Assembly: GCF_001194135.2 (NCBI RefSeq)
Contig: NC_068983.1
Coordinates: 157,515,007-157,579,006, forward strand
Length of the DNA stretch: 64,000 bases
Source of the DNA: Octopus bimaculoides
Lineage: Eukaryota
Direction of reading: 5' to 3'
Both the position numbers and the translations under genes were made by a program. Each line of letters starts with the position of its first letter. The first letter of the stretch is position 1. Below the pieces are notes generated by a model. That model was not told the origin of the DNA. It made no database searches and saw only the letters and a list, made by a program, of their open reading frames with translations. Positions 25,988-37,656 of this stretch are shown here, piece by piece.

Positions 25988-28900
25988 TTTTCTCTACTTA
26001 CTGTACCTTTATTACTATTCAGCCACTCTTCCTACCTTACCCCGAACTCATACGTATCACTGGCTATCCCCACTCTTAATCCACCATAAACTACATCCAT
26101 CTCTCAACCCCACTCAATTTCTACAGGTGTCATCTACTCTCCCCTACTTATTATCCCTCAACACCTGTTCTTCATTATATTCATCCCTTAACCCATTCCC
26201 TATCTCTAACTCCCCTACATACTCTTACAATCTCAACTCACAAACACTTCCTATTCTCCTGTTCCCACTCACATCTACTCCCTTCCAACTTTGAGGATCC
26301 ACCATGACAGCTCATCACCACTATTTTACCTCTTTCTAGTTCCACTCTGGTTATTCCCACCCTTTCTTCCACAAGTTGAGTAGCCATATAGTTCCTCTAC
26401 AGCAAGAAACCTCTGTTTTGAACATTTCTCTCATACATTATTCCACATCTCCCAGCCTTAATGCCACCTCTATCTCTACTGTCACCTCACTCAGTCGAAG
26501 ATCTTAATCTTGCAAGATGTGTGGCAATCTCACAACTGCTGGTGCACTGAAAAAAAAAAAGCACCCAATACACACTGTAAAGTGGTTGGTGTTAGAAAGG
26601 GCATCCAGCAATAGAAATCATACCAATGCAGACATTGGAGCATTATGTAGATCTCAGATGCATTGGATCCTGTCAAACTATTCTACTATTTGAAATGTTT
26701 AAGATTTATCATGTAAATGTAATTTGAAGCTGTATTAAATTTCTACTTCAGTTTTAAATGGATAAAGTGTACAGATTAATTTTCAGTTACCATATTTATA
26801 ATTTACATTTTAATATTTATAACTTTAAACAGGATTGCTTTTCTAATTAGAAGTAAAAATTCAGTACTGCAATACACAGTATATTTGTTAAGAGTATCAC
26901 TGACATAGGTATAAATCTTTGAAAGATGCTATTAAAACAAGTCTAAATATTTATAGCAGCTATGGGACCATATATACTTGGATGTTTTCATGCATATACT
27001 AGGTAATCATTAGTATCACTGCTGTAATCCTTGTTTTTTTTTTACTTTTCTTTTCTTTCCTTCATTCACCGAACACATCATTTGGGGTTCTGCTACTGAT
27101 ACAGCATTTAGGATTGTATTTTGAATTTCGGTTCCTCAAAAATAGTATCTGGTTGAAAATATTCGACATAAATATATATGGCATCTATGCAGTGCAGTTG
27201 CTACACACAGCTCATTTAAACAGCATCCAAAAGGCCATTTTGACAAAGATTCACTCACTGACATGCTATACTCGCTGGCTCACACGCAATATTTCTTTTC
27301 TATGCCTTTCCTACCACTACAACTACAGCTTCTGCACTGGACTAGTAAACTGCATACATTCACCCGAACTGGTTTCTCTTCTTTTCATTCAAAATTTCTC
27401 TCTCACCACCGGATGTCGTACACAACACATTTCCTAGTCAATCCTTTTCAAATTCCTCTGGAATCCAACCGACACTCGTGTCACGTTTATTTTATTTGCA
27501 AAGGTTACTGAGAATTTCAAACTAAACATGGACTGCATCGAGTTTACTCGTCCAGAAGGGCCGGCTGAAATCATCGGCGCTGTTTTCTTCTTGTGACTAA
27601 CGATAAAAATAATTGTTTGCTATCTGTATATTGTATGCCGATTAGAATAATCTGTGTAGGTACTTGGTAGGGTGTTAAAAGATTAAGCTATATAAGTTAC
27701 GAGGAAAGCATATCACCGGTGTCTATCTAGATTTCTTGATGTAGACGTGTAACCAAAGTAGAGGCTCCAAATAGCATCATTCAATATCACAGACAGAAAA
27801 CTAAGTGACGACAGTCGTTTACATTAGCCCTGATTGAGCAGAACTATGAACAAAGGCGCTCCAAACACGACCATCACATCGTTTTAGGAACTACATTATT
27901 CGAGATGTTTTTTTCTTTTGCTAAGACAGGAGGGTGTAGATTAAGAGATTTGGCTGTTATTTCTAGCAAGTCGAGCAATCCAGTTAGTTCACAGCGAGTG
28001 TTCCAGCGTGGCGATAGTTTGCAAATACATCTGTATATTCTCAATTATTTTAATTTTATTTGTAGTTTTGAAATGAAAAGAAAAAAAATCGAGTTCATTT
28101 TTTTTCCTTGCCTTCCCAAAACAGTTTACTCAGAACAACTAGTAACTTAATATGTTCTAAAATATATAAAGTTTAACGATCCTATATTTTTAGAGAAGGA
28201 GACATGCATGCCCTTCTCAAGGACACTAGCGGCACAAATCATGTGAAATAAAATGGCTTAAAGTGATAATCAAGTCGCGAGGTTGTTTGCCGTAGAATTT
28301 TACTTTGGAGCCAACGAAGAAATCTCTAGATGATCAATCAACGGCTAAAAAATAGCAGTCAAATCTCCCTCGTATCAGAACTAACTGTCTTTCCATAAGG
28401 AAGTGACACATTATACAATTCAGTTTACATACTCCTAAAAAGATGATGTAGCCATGACTGGAATGTCTTTGATAACAGGTCTGCTCAATCAAGGTTAATC
28501 TAGGACTAAACAACCTTGAAAGTGATAAAAAAAACAACAAAACCTGTTCAAAAGATAGGTTTTAAAAAGGTAGCTTGTCGACCTACATACTTTTAATTCA
28601 TGTCATAAAATAAGCATTGATAATATACACGAGACCTACTAAATAGATTAGATATTAAATTGGTCGTGTCATAAAAACATTAATCTGATATTAAGTAAAA
28701 TGAAAAAAAATGTTGTAAATAATATGTTTAAAAAAAACATTTGAATGTCGTGCATAAATTACTTTCTAAGTAGTAGTATCTAGTAGAATATGTATTTCAT
28801 TAATAAATAATGATAATTTCTATTTAAAAATTAATGTTAAAGGTTAAAAGGTTAATAAATTGAAATATATTACCAAAACTATAAATATCTCTTTTGAAAT

Positions 28901-29412
28901 TATGTTGCTTCATCTATATCTACTAATATAGTTAATAATTATCGATTTAACTTTTCAATAAGAAAAGGACAAACAGGTTATAAAGGTTGTGCTATTTTTG
29001 AACAGAAAAACAGTATTCTTCGATTTTAGGCTTTTAGAGAGATAATTGCTAAGATTGGAGAGAACATGACACGTCCANNNNNNNNNNAACAATGTTGGCG
29101 TGCTTATTGAGACGATATTGTTTGAAGCATAAGAATGTATTATTTTAAATATATTCAGATAGAAAACGCCCTTCACAGTAAGTGTATTCTCACTAAACTT
29201 CAAAAACAAATCACGCACGTAGGTCAACAGTCATTTATACTAAATCGATTTTTCCAATAAACATGTTTCACAAAGATTGTGGCGGCAATATCAAAAAATT
29301 CAAATATGATAATTAATTCTTCAAAACAATTTACTTTTATAGGATAATATATTTTTATTAAACCATAAGTAAAAAGGAAAACATTGGAAATTAAAAAAAA
29401 AAAAAAACTCAC

Positions 29413-29517
29413 TTGAGTTCCTTTGCCAGAACCTGGTGGCCCAAGTAATACAGCCTTTACTCCTGGCGTCTGCTCATCTGGTTTTTCAGCAGTCTGTACA
29501 TTTTGTAATGGGGCCAT
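29413..29517 (-). CDS. AK2: Adenylate kinase 2, coding exon 1 (35 aa, contains P-loop GPPGSGKGTQ)
   Basis: ATG at 29517; MAPLQNVQTAEKPDEQTPGVKAVLLGPPGSGKGTQ; donor GTGAGT at 29412; phase 0. Confidence 0.95.
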
Positions 29518-29661
29518 TATTTAACTTCTCCGCCAAATCTTTTAAACTCGAAGGAAGGGAAGGAAATGATTTTAAACGATAAAGCAGTCAGAGATGTAAT
29601 TTTTAACTTTTGCAGTTGGACCCTGCCGTCAATAAAAAGATACGGAGAGTGCTTGAAATTA

Positions 29662-29671
29662 ACGCATGCGT
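29662..29671. promoter_or_regulatory. NRF1-like palindrome ACGCATGCGT in the AK2 proximal promoter
   Basis: Palindrome 145 bp upstream of the AK2 ATG; shares the GCATGCG core of the NRF1 consensus but is not a full match. Confidence 0.35.
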
Positions 29672-30479
29672 GATTGTTATGAAAGGGACATAATTTACTT
29701 CATGTAAATTTATTTAGGTCGCTTAATTTTTCTTGTTCAACGCAAAACTGGTTTTTGAGACTAATTATTCAATGGACTTTGACAATATAAAATAAATATT
29801 TTCCAATAAGTACAGTCTTCTCTTATCAAAAGTAAATATTAAGATATTTGTTCTGTAGGCAATTTTATAGTTATATGGTTATATTTGTTAACGATCACAA
29901 ATATTGATTTTTCATATAACCATAATGTCTGAGATGCGCTATTATAAGAAAAAAAAACAGGTTGTAATTTTCTACTGCATTAGTAATTGAAATAAACTGT
30001 AATAGTAGTTGTTGTTTAGTCCTAGGTCAACTCTGATCAAACAGAACTATGACCAAAAAGCTTCTAGCCGTGACCATCCTGCCTTTTTCTTAGATGAAGG
30101 GAACCAAAAACCGTACCATCCAACGTTTCCTTTTCTGTTCTGTTAACTAATTTGTATTACCAGAATTGCAGGTTATTGGCGGATTAGACTGTATATTAGT
30201 TATACTAATTCTCATTCTCATCAATTTGTAGTTGCTAAAGGTTTCTGTAACTTTGGATTGATTGGCAATGATCTAGTTGATGTGTGTCTTCATTTAGTTT
30301 TAATTTGTATGAAGGTCTAAGACCAATTGATAATTTCAGGACATCTATTGCTTAAATTCCTTCAACTGAAGATAAAATTTGTCCTACTAGACCAGTGGTT
30401 ATTCAGTTCAAAAACGAGATTTATAAGGAATTAATAAGATTATAGAATTAGGATTACATTAATGATAATAATGTCCAGG

Positions 30480-30705
30480 GTTGTAATATTGTAATAATAA
30501 TTGACAAGGTTGAAGACCAGACAAATCTTCAATTTGATCTGTTAGCTGTTATCCAATGGGCGGAGAAGCATAATATGCAACTAAACGAGAAAAAATTCAA
30601 CCTAATCCACTTCAGTAAAGAGACTGCATTCCAACAACCATACACTCTTCCGTCGGGCGAAACCTCGTGGCATCTAGCACTGTTAGAGATCTGCGTGTTA
30701 CACTG
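30480..30705 (+). mobile_element. CR1/L2-group LINE RT C-terminal relic
   Basis: EDQTNLQFDLLAVIQWAEKHNMQLNEKKFNLIHF...YTLPSG..L.ASSTVRDL resembles LQxDLxxxxxWxxxNxMxLNxxK...VRDLG. Confidence 0.7.
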
Positions 30706-30722
30706 AATTGTTTCATTGAATT

Positions 30723-30891
30723 GTTCAACTTATAGCTTTTGAGAGACACTGTTGGTGCTGGACTGCTGACAAGAAAATTTATGACTTACTACAGTCTCAC
30801 CTGACTGAAGTAACAGATTATGCTCAGTCAGAAGCGTACTTAGCTGTTCCAGTGCTCCAACCCCGCAATCACGCTTTAATATTTTGGAGTG
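30723..30891 (+). repeat. 169-bp unclassified dispersed repeat, copy A
   Basis: Direct repeat of 36259..36427, about 6 substitutions by eye. Confidence 0.85.
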
Positions 30892-31029
30892 CCCAAGAGC
30901 TGACTGTATCTCTCCCAGGTGGTGCTATTAAATTAGATATGTCCTTGTCGAACTTCAGCCGAAACTTATCTAAGTAATCTGTATGAAGGTGTTAAAAAAG
31001 CACTGTTCGTTTAGGCACGACAAAAAGAT

Positions 31030-31620
31030 TAGAGGCTTCTTAGGTGCGCAGATTATAAAGTACTCTTAATCATATACAGACATTTAAATTTCCATCTCTG
31101 AATATAAAAACCATCTGCATGGAAATGAAAGGTGCCAAGTTTTTCTCCATGGTTGAACTATTATCCCTGTACTGGCAAATCGACCCTGATGAACAGATCA
31201 AAGATGTATGTACAACATCACTCATGGTCTTCCAGGGTTGACAGATTGCAAATATAAGTTTTATCTCCATATATAATATATAAACATGTACTACATCTTT
31301 TAGAACATTGAGGAATTTTATAAGATTTTGCTGGCAGATTTTTTAGATTAACGTAAACATTAATTTACATGAAAGAAAATTACCAGAGAACTTTCATCTA
31401 GTACTTTCCAAATCTTTCTGTTAAAACTGGATTGAAAGCATTTGGGGAAACAATTCTAGTGTAATTTTTCGCATAACATTGAAACAATTTTAAAAGGAAT
31501 CATTAGCGTTGGTTTTTCAAGGTGATGTATATGTTGCAACATTGTCAAAGCTTCAGAGGAGAGAAAATACAGTTGTTGAACGTCTAAGGCAGCGATATGT
31601 AGCGTACACTCAAGTGAAAT
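31030..31620 (+). mobile_element. Gypsy/Ty3 reverse transcriptase relic (frameshifted)
   Basis: Manual translation: LRCADYKVL; FKFPSLNIKTICMEMKGAKFFSMVELLSLYWQI; FG.TNSSVIFR; VFQGDVYV (decayed xxDD); VVERLRQ. The motif order matches Gypsy RT. Confidence 0.7.
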
Positions 31621-32453
31621 TCCTCTCTCCCTTATTGTATGTACGTACATACGAACGTAGTAGATAACAGCTAGCCTTTGGCTGCTATTTGGACCCCGTT
31701 GTGTCCACTACTTGATTGGTTGGTATTGGCACAATTTTTCTCTTACTCTATCGCGCCAATATGCAGCGTATAACCAGCCGAAGCCCCTAAATAAGATCAC
31801 GTGAGACAACCTGTTCACAATCCAATTTGAGCCTACTGTTACTTATAACAAACCCAGCTACTCCTCGTCTCGAGGTCTTTGGTTCCAGACCTTTTAAGGT
31901 CCAGCCACTGACCACACAAAACACAGCCAGTTCCAGCAACAACACTCGTCCAACAGCAAAACGACCGAGTTTCAACACAACACTGTTCGTGAATTACTTC
32001 ACCAGGGATCAACTGCAAATATACAACCTGCGAGCCAGACGACAACACCCGTCCAACAGCATTACGGCAATCTCTTTCTTTGTCGCTACCATCATCTTAA
32101 CGACATCAACATCTCTACGTACACAGCTCAACCAGCAACACTGCACATGTTCTAACACAGCACTGTTCGTGAATTACTTCACCATGGTTAACAGCAAATA
32201 CTACCTGCAAGAACTCCTGTACAAGTAACTCAGGCAGCAGCATTACAGCTACAACTTCGTACGACACGTACCGCAACCAGCTCTGTATCATCGCCACAAC
32301 TTCTTGATACAGTATTTCTATTACCGCGTACAATTGACTACGAACTGGTATTTCTCATTCTTGTGTCTATGAACATTCGTCTAACTTCTCATTATCGACT
32401 CTTTCACTTTCTCCATTATTCTTATATGTACTTAACGCATCCATCCATGCCTA

Positions 32454-33155
32454 TAGGGCTTTCCTATAAGGTGTTATNNNNNNNNNNNNNNNNNNNNNNN
32501 NNNNNNNNNNNNNNNNNNNNNNNNNNNNNNNNNNNNNNNNNNNNNNNNNNNNNNNNNNNNNNNNNNNNNNNNNNNNNNNNNNNNNNNNNNNNNNNNNNNN
32601 NNNNNNNNNNNNNNNNNNNNNNNNNNNNNNNNNNNNNNNNNNNNNNNNNNNNNNNNNNNNNNNNNNNNNNNNNNNNNNNNNNNNNNNNNNNNNNNNNNNN
32701 NNNNNNNNNNNNNNNNNNNNNNNNNNNNNNNNNNNNNNNNNNNNNNNNNNNNNNNNNNNNNNNNNNNNNNNNNNNNNNNNNNNNNNNNNNNNNNNNNNNN
32801 NNNNNNNNNNNNNNNNNNNNNNNNNNNNNTATTCCTGTCTGAAGTATCGTCCGATACTTCAGACTTATCGTCCGATGAATTTACTTTGTTGACATTCTTC
32901 ATCGACAGAATTTTTATTCCTTTCAACCTTTCAGTCAAGTCCGCCTTTCTTCCAGTAACATACTGTCCATATAATCTTAAATATTTCTTTAACTCAGGCA
33001 CAGTAAATACTTCGATAGCTGAATCATCAAGCTGCTTTATATCCATGATAAGACGTAAAACAATAACAATGGCGTGGGTTAGCCTCCGGAAGTTTAATTA
33101 TCTACATGGAGCGCCGCCTAGCCAAGGGAGATAACCTACTTATAGGAAAGCCCTA
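32454..33155 (-). mobile_element. Small TIR DNA element carrying a SAP-domain ORF (interior partly in gap 32478-32829)
   Basis: TIR tagggctttcctataag (32454-32470) and cttataggaaagcccta (33139-33155), flanked by TA on both sides. Confidence 0.65.
32830..33046 (-). CDS. SAP-domain N-terminal ORF of the TIR element, running into the assembly gap
   Basis: FTVPELKKYLRLYGQYVTGRKADLTERLK fits the SAP pattern xVxELKxxLxxxGLxxxGxKxxLxxRL. Confidence 0.6.
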
Positions 33156-33596
33156 TACACGCATACACTTTGTTCTCATAACGGCCTGTCTATTATTCTG
33201 TATACATGACGCACACAGACACACACATGCTAACCTATCGATAAAACTTCCCTCTCAAATATCCTACTCGGTTGTATAGTGATGTCAGGGTTACCATTTT
33301 ATAGTGGTAATGTCGATTAAATGACACACTATAATTTAATGAGTATGAGAGAAAGAAGGGTCACCATCTTGTACATAACAAGAAAATAGAAATTCGCGAG
33401 ACATTTGTAATAAGTCATAGCATATTTATTACTGGAGGGAATGCATTAACATATAAGGTTAATTGAAGGAAACCTTGTAACATTACATGAATATATTCTG
33501 TTTGCAATCCCATGTCTCCAAGTGAGGCGAAAGTGCGCACGAGCTAGTGTGCATGTGGTAGCTTGGCCTAATGCACGTCGAAGAATCAACAAGCAC

Positions 33597-33705
33597 TGAA
33601 TGGCGCGAATTTAGAAATTCCTTCCTTTATATAAAGGATGCACCGGAAGTCCCCGACTTCCACGTAAACTGGAAGCTTCCAGAATGTTCGAGAACTTTCT
33701 AGAAG
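33597..33705 (-). promoter_or_regulatory. Heat-shock-type core promoter: 7-unit HSE (33671-33705), ETS site CCGGAAGT (33643-33650), TATA (33626-33633), Inr-like TCAGT (33598-33594)
   Basis: gGAAgcTTCcaGAAtgTTCgaGAActTTCtaGAAg = seven perfect alternating nGAAn units; TATATAAAGG on minus strand 30-34 nt upstream of a CA/TCAGT initiator. Confidence 0.75.
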
Positions 33706-33879
33706 CTCGAGGGAGATTACTCTCGTTAAATCCCTTTTTTGTTTTGCTTTCTAACGTGACCGCCAGGGTTCACTACAGTTGTGTCTCTTCTCCTTTTCCT
33801 CACTGGCACCTTACATGTATTATTATAGCCTTCTGAACAGAGTCATTATTAGATGGTTTCACCATGCTTCACCTCGACC

Positions 33880-34797
33880 ATGTATAGATGCACAACCTGC
33901 TGGCTGCATGTGGTGCGTGAAACCATTTTCAAAGATTCTTATTTCAATTTTAGCACCAAATACTCAGGTGACTGGGTTGATGCCATTTCTGTGTCTAACG
34001 TTGGTGGCCTACTCAGCTTGGACGAATTTCACGTCTCCATTGCCCTCAGAGTGGGAGCTGACATCTGCATGGGTTTGAGCTGTTGTTGTGGCAAGCTCTT
34101 CGACTCCACAGGCCTCTATAGCCTTTCTTGCTGCCTGAATGCTGGTCACTTCGCGTGTCACACGGAGTTAAACCTTGTACTCAGGAGGAGCTTGGCCTGT
34201 GCAAACGTCCCCTCCATCTTGGAACCATCTGGGTTGTCCAGATGTGATGAGAAAAGACCTGACGGCTTCACTCTGTGTCCCTGGTTGAGAGGCTGATGCC
34301 TTGTCTGGGATGTTACAGTTAGTGACTCCTTTGCTTCTCATATCTTGGATGCTGCGGCCAGGGCGAGATCTACAGCTTCTGTAGCTGAACAGAACAAAAT
34401 CCTGAAGTACTGCGATCTGTTGGCCAACTACATTTTCCATCCTGTGGCATTCGAGATGTTTGGTAGGGGTTGGACAACTGACTGTGATATTCCTGTCTTC
34501 ACTGGCAGCTCGTCAAGCAGAGGAAACTTGTGAAGCTTGTGAGGGCACTTCGTTGTTCCAGTGCATCAGCCTTGCCATCACCCGCGGCAACCCAGGTTCG
34601 AAATTTCCCCAAGACACCTGAAGAAGGCTAGAGGGTATATCAGCTGAAACGTTGTTAACAACAAACAAGATGAGGACAAATATCTGTCGAATGTAAATAA
34701 TGTACATAATTCCTCATCTCTTAAATATAGAACAGTCATTATAAAGGTTTCCCAACGCCCCAAAATTTTCAACCTAAGGGGGTGAATTGCTTTTTTT
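33880..34797 (+). mobile_element. CRE-like (RLE endonuclease) non-LTR retrotransposon 3' fragment, interrupted at about 34591-34736
   Basis: SGDWVDA..F.VSIALRVG..CCCG..D..G..L.C..H.ELN..EPSGL.R.D.KRPDG.TL.PW..G..LVWD.TV..KY..L..Y.FHPVAFE.FG. Confidence 0.8.
34614..34657 (+). ncRNA. Minimal hammerhead motif in a Penelope-type end inserted into the CRE copy
   Basis: acac-CUGAAGA-a-ggcu(12 nt)agcu-GAAAC-GUU-guua; core present, stem I only partly paired. Confidence 0.5.
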
Positions 34798-35171
34798 TGN
34801 NNNNNNNNNNNNNNNNNNNNNNNNNNNNNNNNNNNNNNNNNNNNNNNNNNNNNNNNNNNNNNNNNNNNNNNNNNNNNNNNNNNNNNNNNNNNNNNNNNNN
34901 NNNNNNNNNNNNNNNNNNNNNNNNNNNNNNNNNNNNNNNNNNNNNNNNNNNNNNNNNNNNNNNNNNNNNNNNNNNNNNNNNNNNNNNNNNNNNNNNNNNN
35001 NNNNNNNNNNNNNNNNNNNNNNNNNNNNNNNNNNNNNNNNNNNNNNNNNNNNNNNNNNNNNNNNNNNNNNNNNNNNNNNNNNNNNNNNNNNNNNNNNNNN
35101 NNNNNNNNNNNNNNNNNNNNNNNNNNNNNNNNNNNNNNNNNNNNNNNNNNNNNNNNNNNNNNNNNNNNNNN

Positions 35172-35202
<31 letters not shown>

Positions 35203-35430
35203 GTATGTGTGTGTATATGTTTGTGTGTCTGTGTTTGTCCCCCCAACATCGCTTGACAACTGATGCTGGTGTGTTTATGTCCCCGTAACTTAGCGGTTCG
35301 GCAAAAGAGACCGATAGAATAAGTACTAGGCTTACAAGGAATAAGTCCTGGGGTCCATTTGCTCGACCAAAGGCGGTGCTCCAGCATGGCCACAGTCAAA
35401 TGACTGAAACAAGTAAAAGAGTAAGAGAGT
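35172..35430 (+). mobile_element. Young linker-type SINE, 3' half (head lost in gap)
   Basis: Motifs shared with 17950..18183 and 2676..3034. Confidence 0.8.
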
Positions 35431-35879
35431 ATATATTAGTTTCCTTCATGTCTTTATTGAGTCAAGTGCCATATCTATCAAAATACACTCCTTTTTTTTG
35501 TGGAATACAAGATATGAACTTGTACGTGTTTTAAACAATTTTAAGATACTTGTTTCCTATAATTTAGTTTCCAGTAGCTCACTGCCTGGCATACAAGAAG
35601 TTGTGATTACGTTGCCTCACCGTGTCTCTTCATTTGCAAGGTATGCTATTATATTTTAGTTATATTCAGAAGCGATGTATGTATAAATTTATTATTCCTT
35701 ATGTAACACTGATTTTCTACTTGCATATTTTGGTACACGATTATGAATATATCAAAACTGAAACATTTTACTATTTTCTACAGCACTGTTTGACCCCTTC
35801 TAATGACGGGAACTTGCTAACATGCAAACTAAAAGAAAGCTTTGGAATGAAAACAAGCAGTTTCAAGAAGCATAGACTG

Positions 35880-36030
35880 ACAAGTACTTCATCACTGAAA
35901 ATACTTCAAAGAAGATCATATGCTTAATTTGTCAAATACGCTTTGGGGTTCCTAAAGAATATAATTTACAAAGACACTATTCGACGAAGCACAAAGACTA
36001 TGAAGCTTTAACGGGAAAGCTAAAAATGAA
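35880..36030 (+). mobile_element. hAT (Buster/SPIN, GTF2IRD2-like) transposase BED-finger relic
   Basis: YFITENTSKKIICLICQIRFGVPKEYNLQRHYSTKHKDYEALTGK. Confidence 0.75.
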
Positions 36031-36258
36031 AATCTGCAGCCCGCCTTGTGTGATTGAATTCACGATATGGTCCTTTGGACAAAAAAGGTTGTGCATCCTT
36101 GGTCTAAGGCATGCAAATATCTCTATAAATGTAAAAAAAAATTGTATATCATGTCTCAGAAATGGAGCTTCTAGAAATGCTGTCTTAGTGTCGATGGAAT
36201 TAAACCTTCACAATGATTAGTGGCTTAAACATGATACAATCTGTCAGTAAATTACATC

Positions 36259-36427
36259 GTTCAACCTATAGCTTTTGAGAGACACTGTTGGTGCTGGACT
36301 GCTGACAAGGAAGTTTATGACTTACTACAGTCTCACCTGACTGAAGTAACAGATTATGCTCAGTCAGAAGTGTACTTAGCTGTTCCAGCGCTCCAACCCC
36401 GCAATCATGCTTTAATATTTTGGAGTG
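36259..36427 (+). repeat. 169-bp unclassified dispersed repeat, copy B
   Basis: See 30723..30891. Confidence 0.85.
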
Positions 36428-37396
36428 TCTCAGCACTTTTTAGAGGGGAACAGTAGTTTCCCTTGGCGCCATGTATCATTTAGGGAGAGGCCCCCTCCAT
36501 TTTCTTACTGGTTCACTTTTGTGAATTATGTTTGTTTTTATTGAATTATTGCAAATAAATTATACACTTAGATATATCCTTTAGGAAAACAATAAAAAAG
36601 GAAATCGAACAGTTTGTAGCAGTACTCAGAACTAAAAACCCTGTCAGTTCTGTAAGGAGAAAATGTCCACAGCATTTCAATTTCCATCCTTTTCAGATGA
36701 TCTTAGCCTATATTTCAGACAAACGTTGTACTGCAACATTTGTGTAGGTATTAAGAGAAATGGAAAATTCTATGCAGTTTCTCGTCAAACCATTGTTATA
36801 AACTGAAATGTGCGGGAAATATGAAACAAAGGAGAGAGAGAACACTCGCAGAGGATTGAAGAGGATCACAGAAGATGGCAGAGCATCACAGCGGTTCAGA
36901 GAGGACGGTAGAGGTTTACTTGGTTAACCGGTACTCATGCCACTCTAAACTTGTGTTAAAAGAACATCTCTTGCCAAGCATACCTTCTCACATCTTGCCG
37001 AGCATAACATTTCCTTCTCTTGCTATATAAAAAGGCGTACTTTTTTTTCTATCCCATGTACACTATCTTTCATAATTTATTGATATTGATAATTTTTTCG
37101 ACCTGCAATTTCATTTCCAATTATGGTGGAATGTTTTAAAACCTATGAGCATTGTTCACTTTTCTGCAGATACCTTTTTGCATGACGCCTCATTCTAGCC
37201 TTGCGTTTCATTTCTGTGCATACTTTCCATGACGTCATTTCTTTGTCAGTTTTTATCCACTATTATGCATACATCATACATTGTTCTTTTGCATTTTAGT
37301 GGTTTTTGCTACCCATTTTTTGACATGAATATTACCATTTAAAGGCATTCAGCTTTTCTGCATCGTTGGCTTCAAACATGTATGCACTCTTCATAT

Positions 37397-37485
<89 letters not shown>

Positions 37486-37656
37486 CATACACATACACAC
37501 ACACATATATAGATATAATATTAGGAATAAAAATCCAAGTTTACAGGTAAAAACTCAATTAAATTCAATTTATCAAAANNNNNNNNNNTTATAAGGATTT
37601 CGTAATGAGATAAAAAACCAAGGCTGTGTATAATATAGAACATTTATAAATAGAAG

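Noticed and set aside
29539-29570. Pyrimidine tract plus AG upstream of the AK2 ATG as an acceptor for an HSE-driven upstream exon
   Set aside because: The candidate acceptors are GAG and AAG (weak), and a proximal promoter explains the sequence; needs RNA evidence
33406-33777. Solo LTR (TG...CA on minus strand) containing the HSE, TATA and AATAAA
   Set aside because: The architecture is suggestive, but I found no matching 4-6-bp TSD for any tested end pair; kept only as an alternative in the HSE finding
30723-36427. 169-bp direct repeats as the LTRs of the Gypsy relic
   Set aside because: No TG/CA ends, PBS or PPT, and the RT begins only about 140 bp after the first copy, leaving no room for gag/protease
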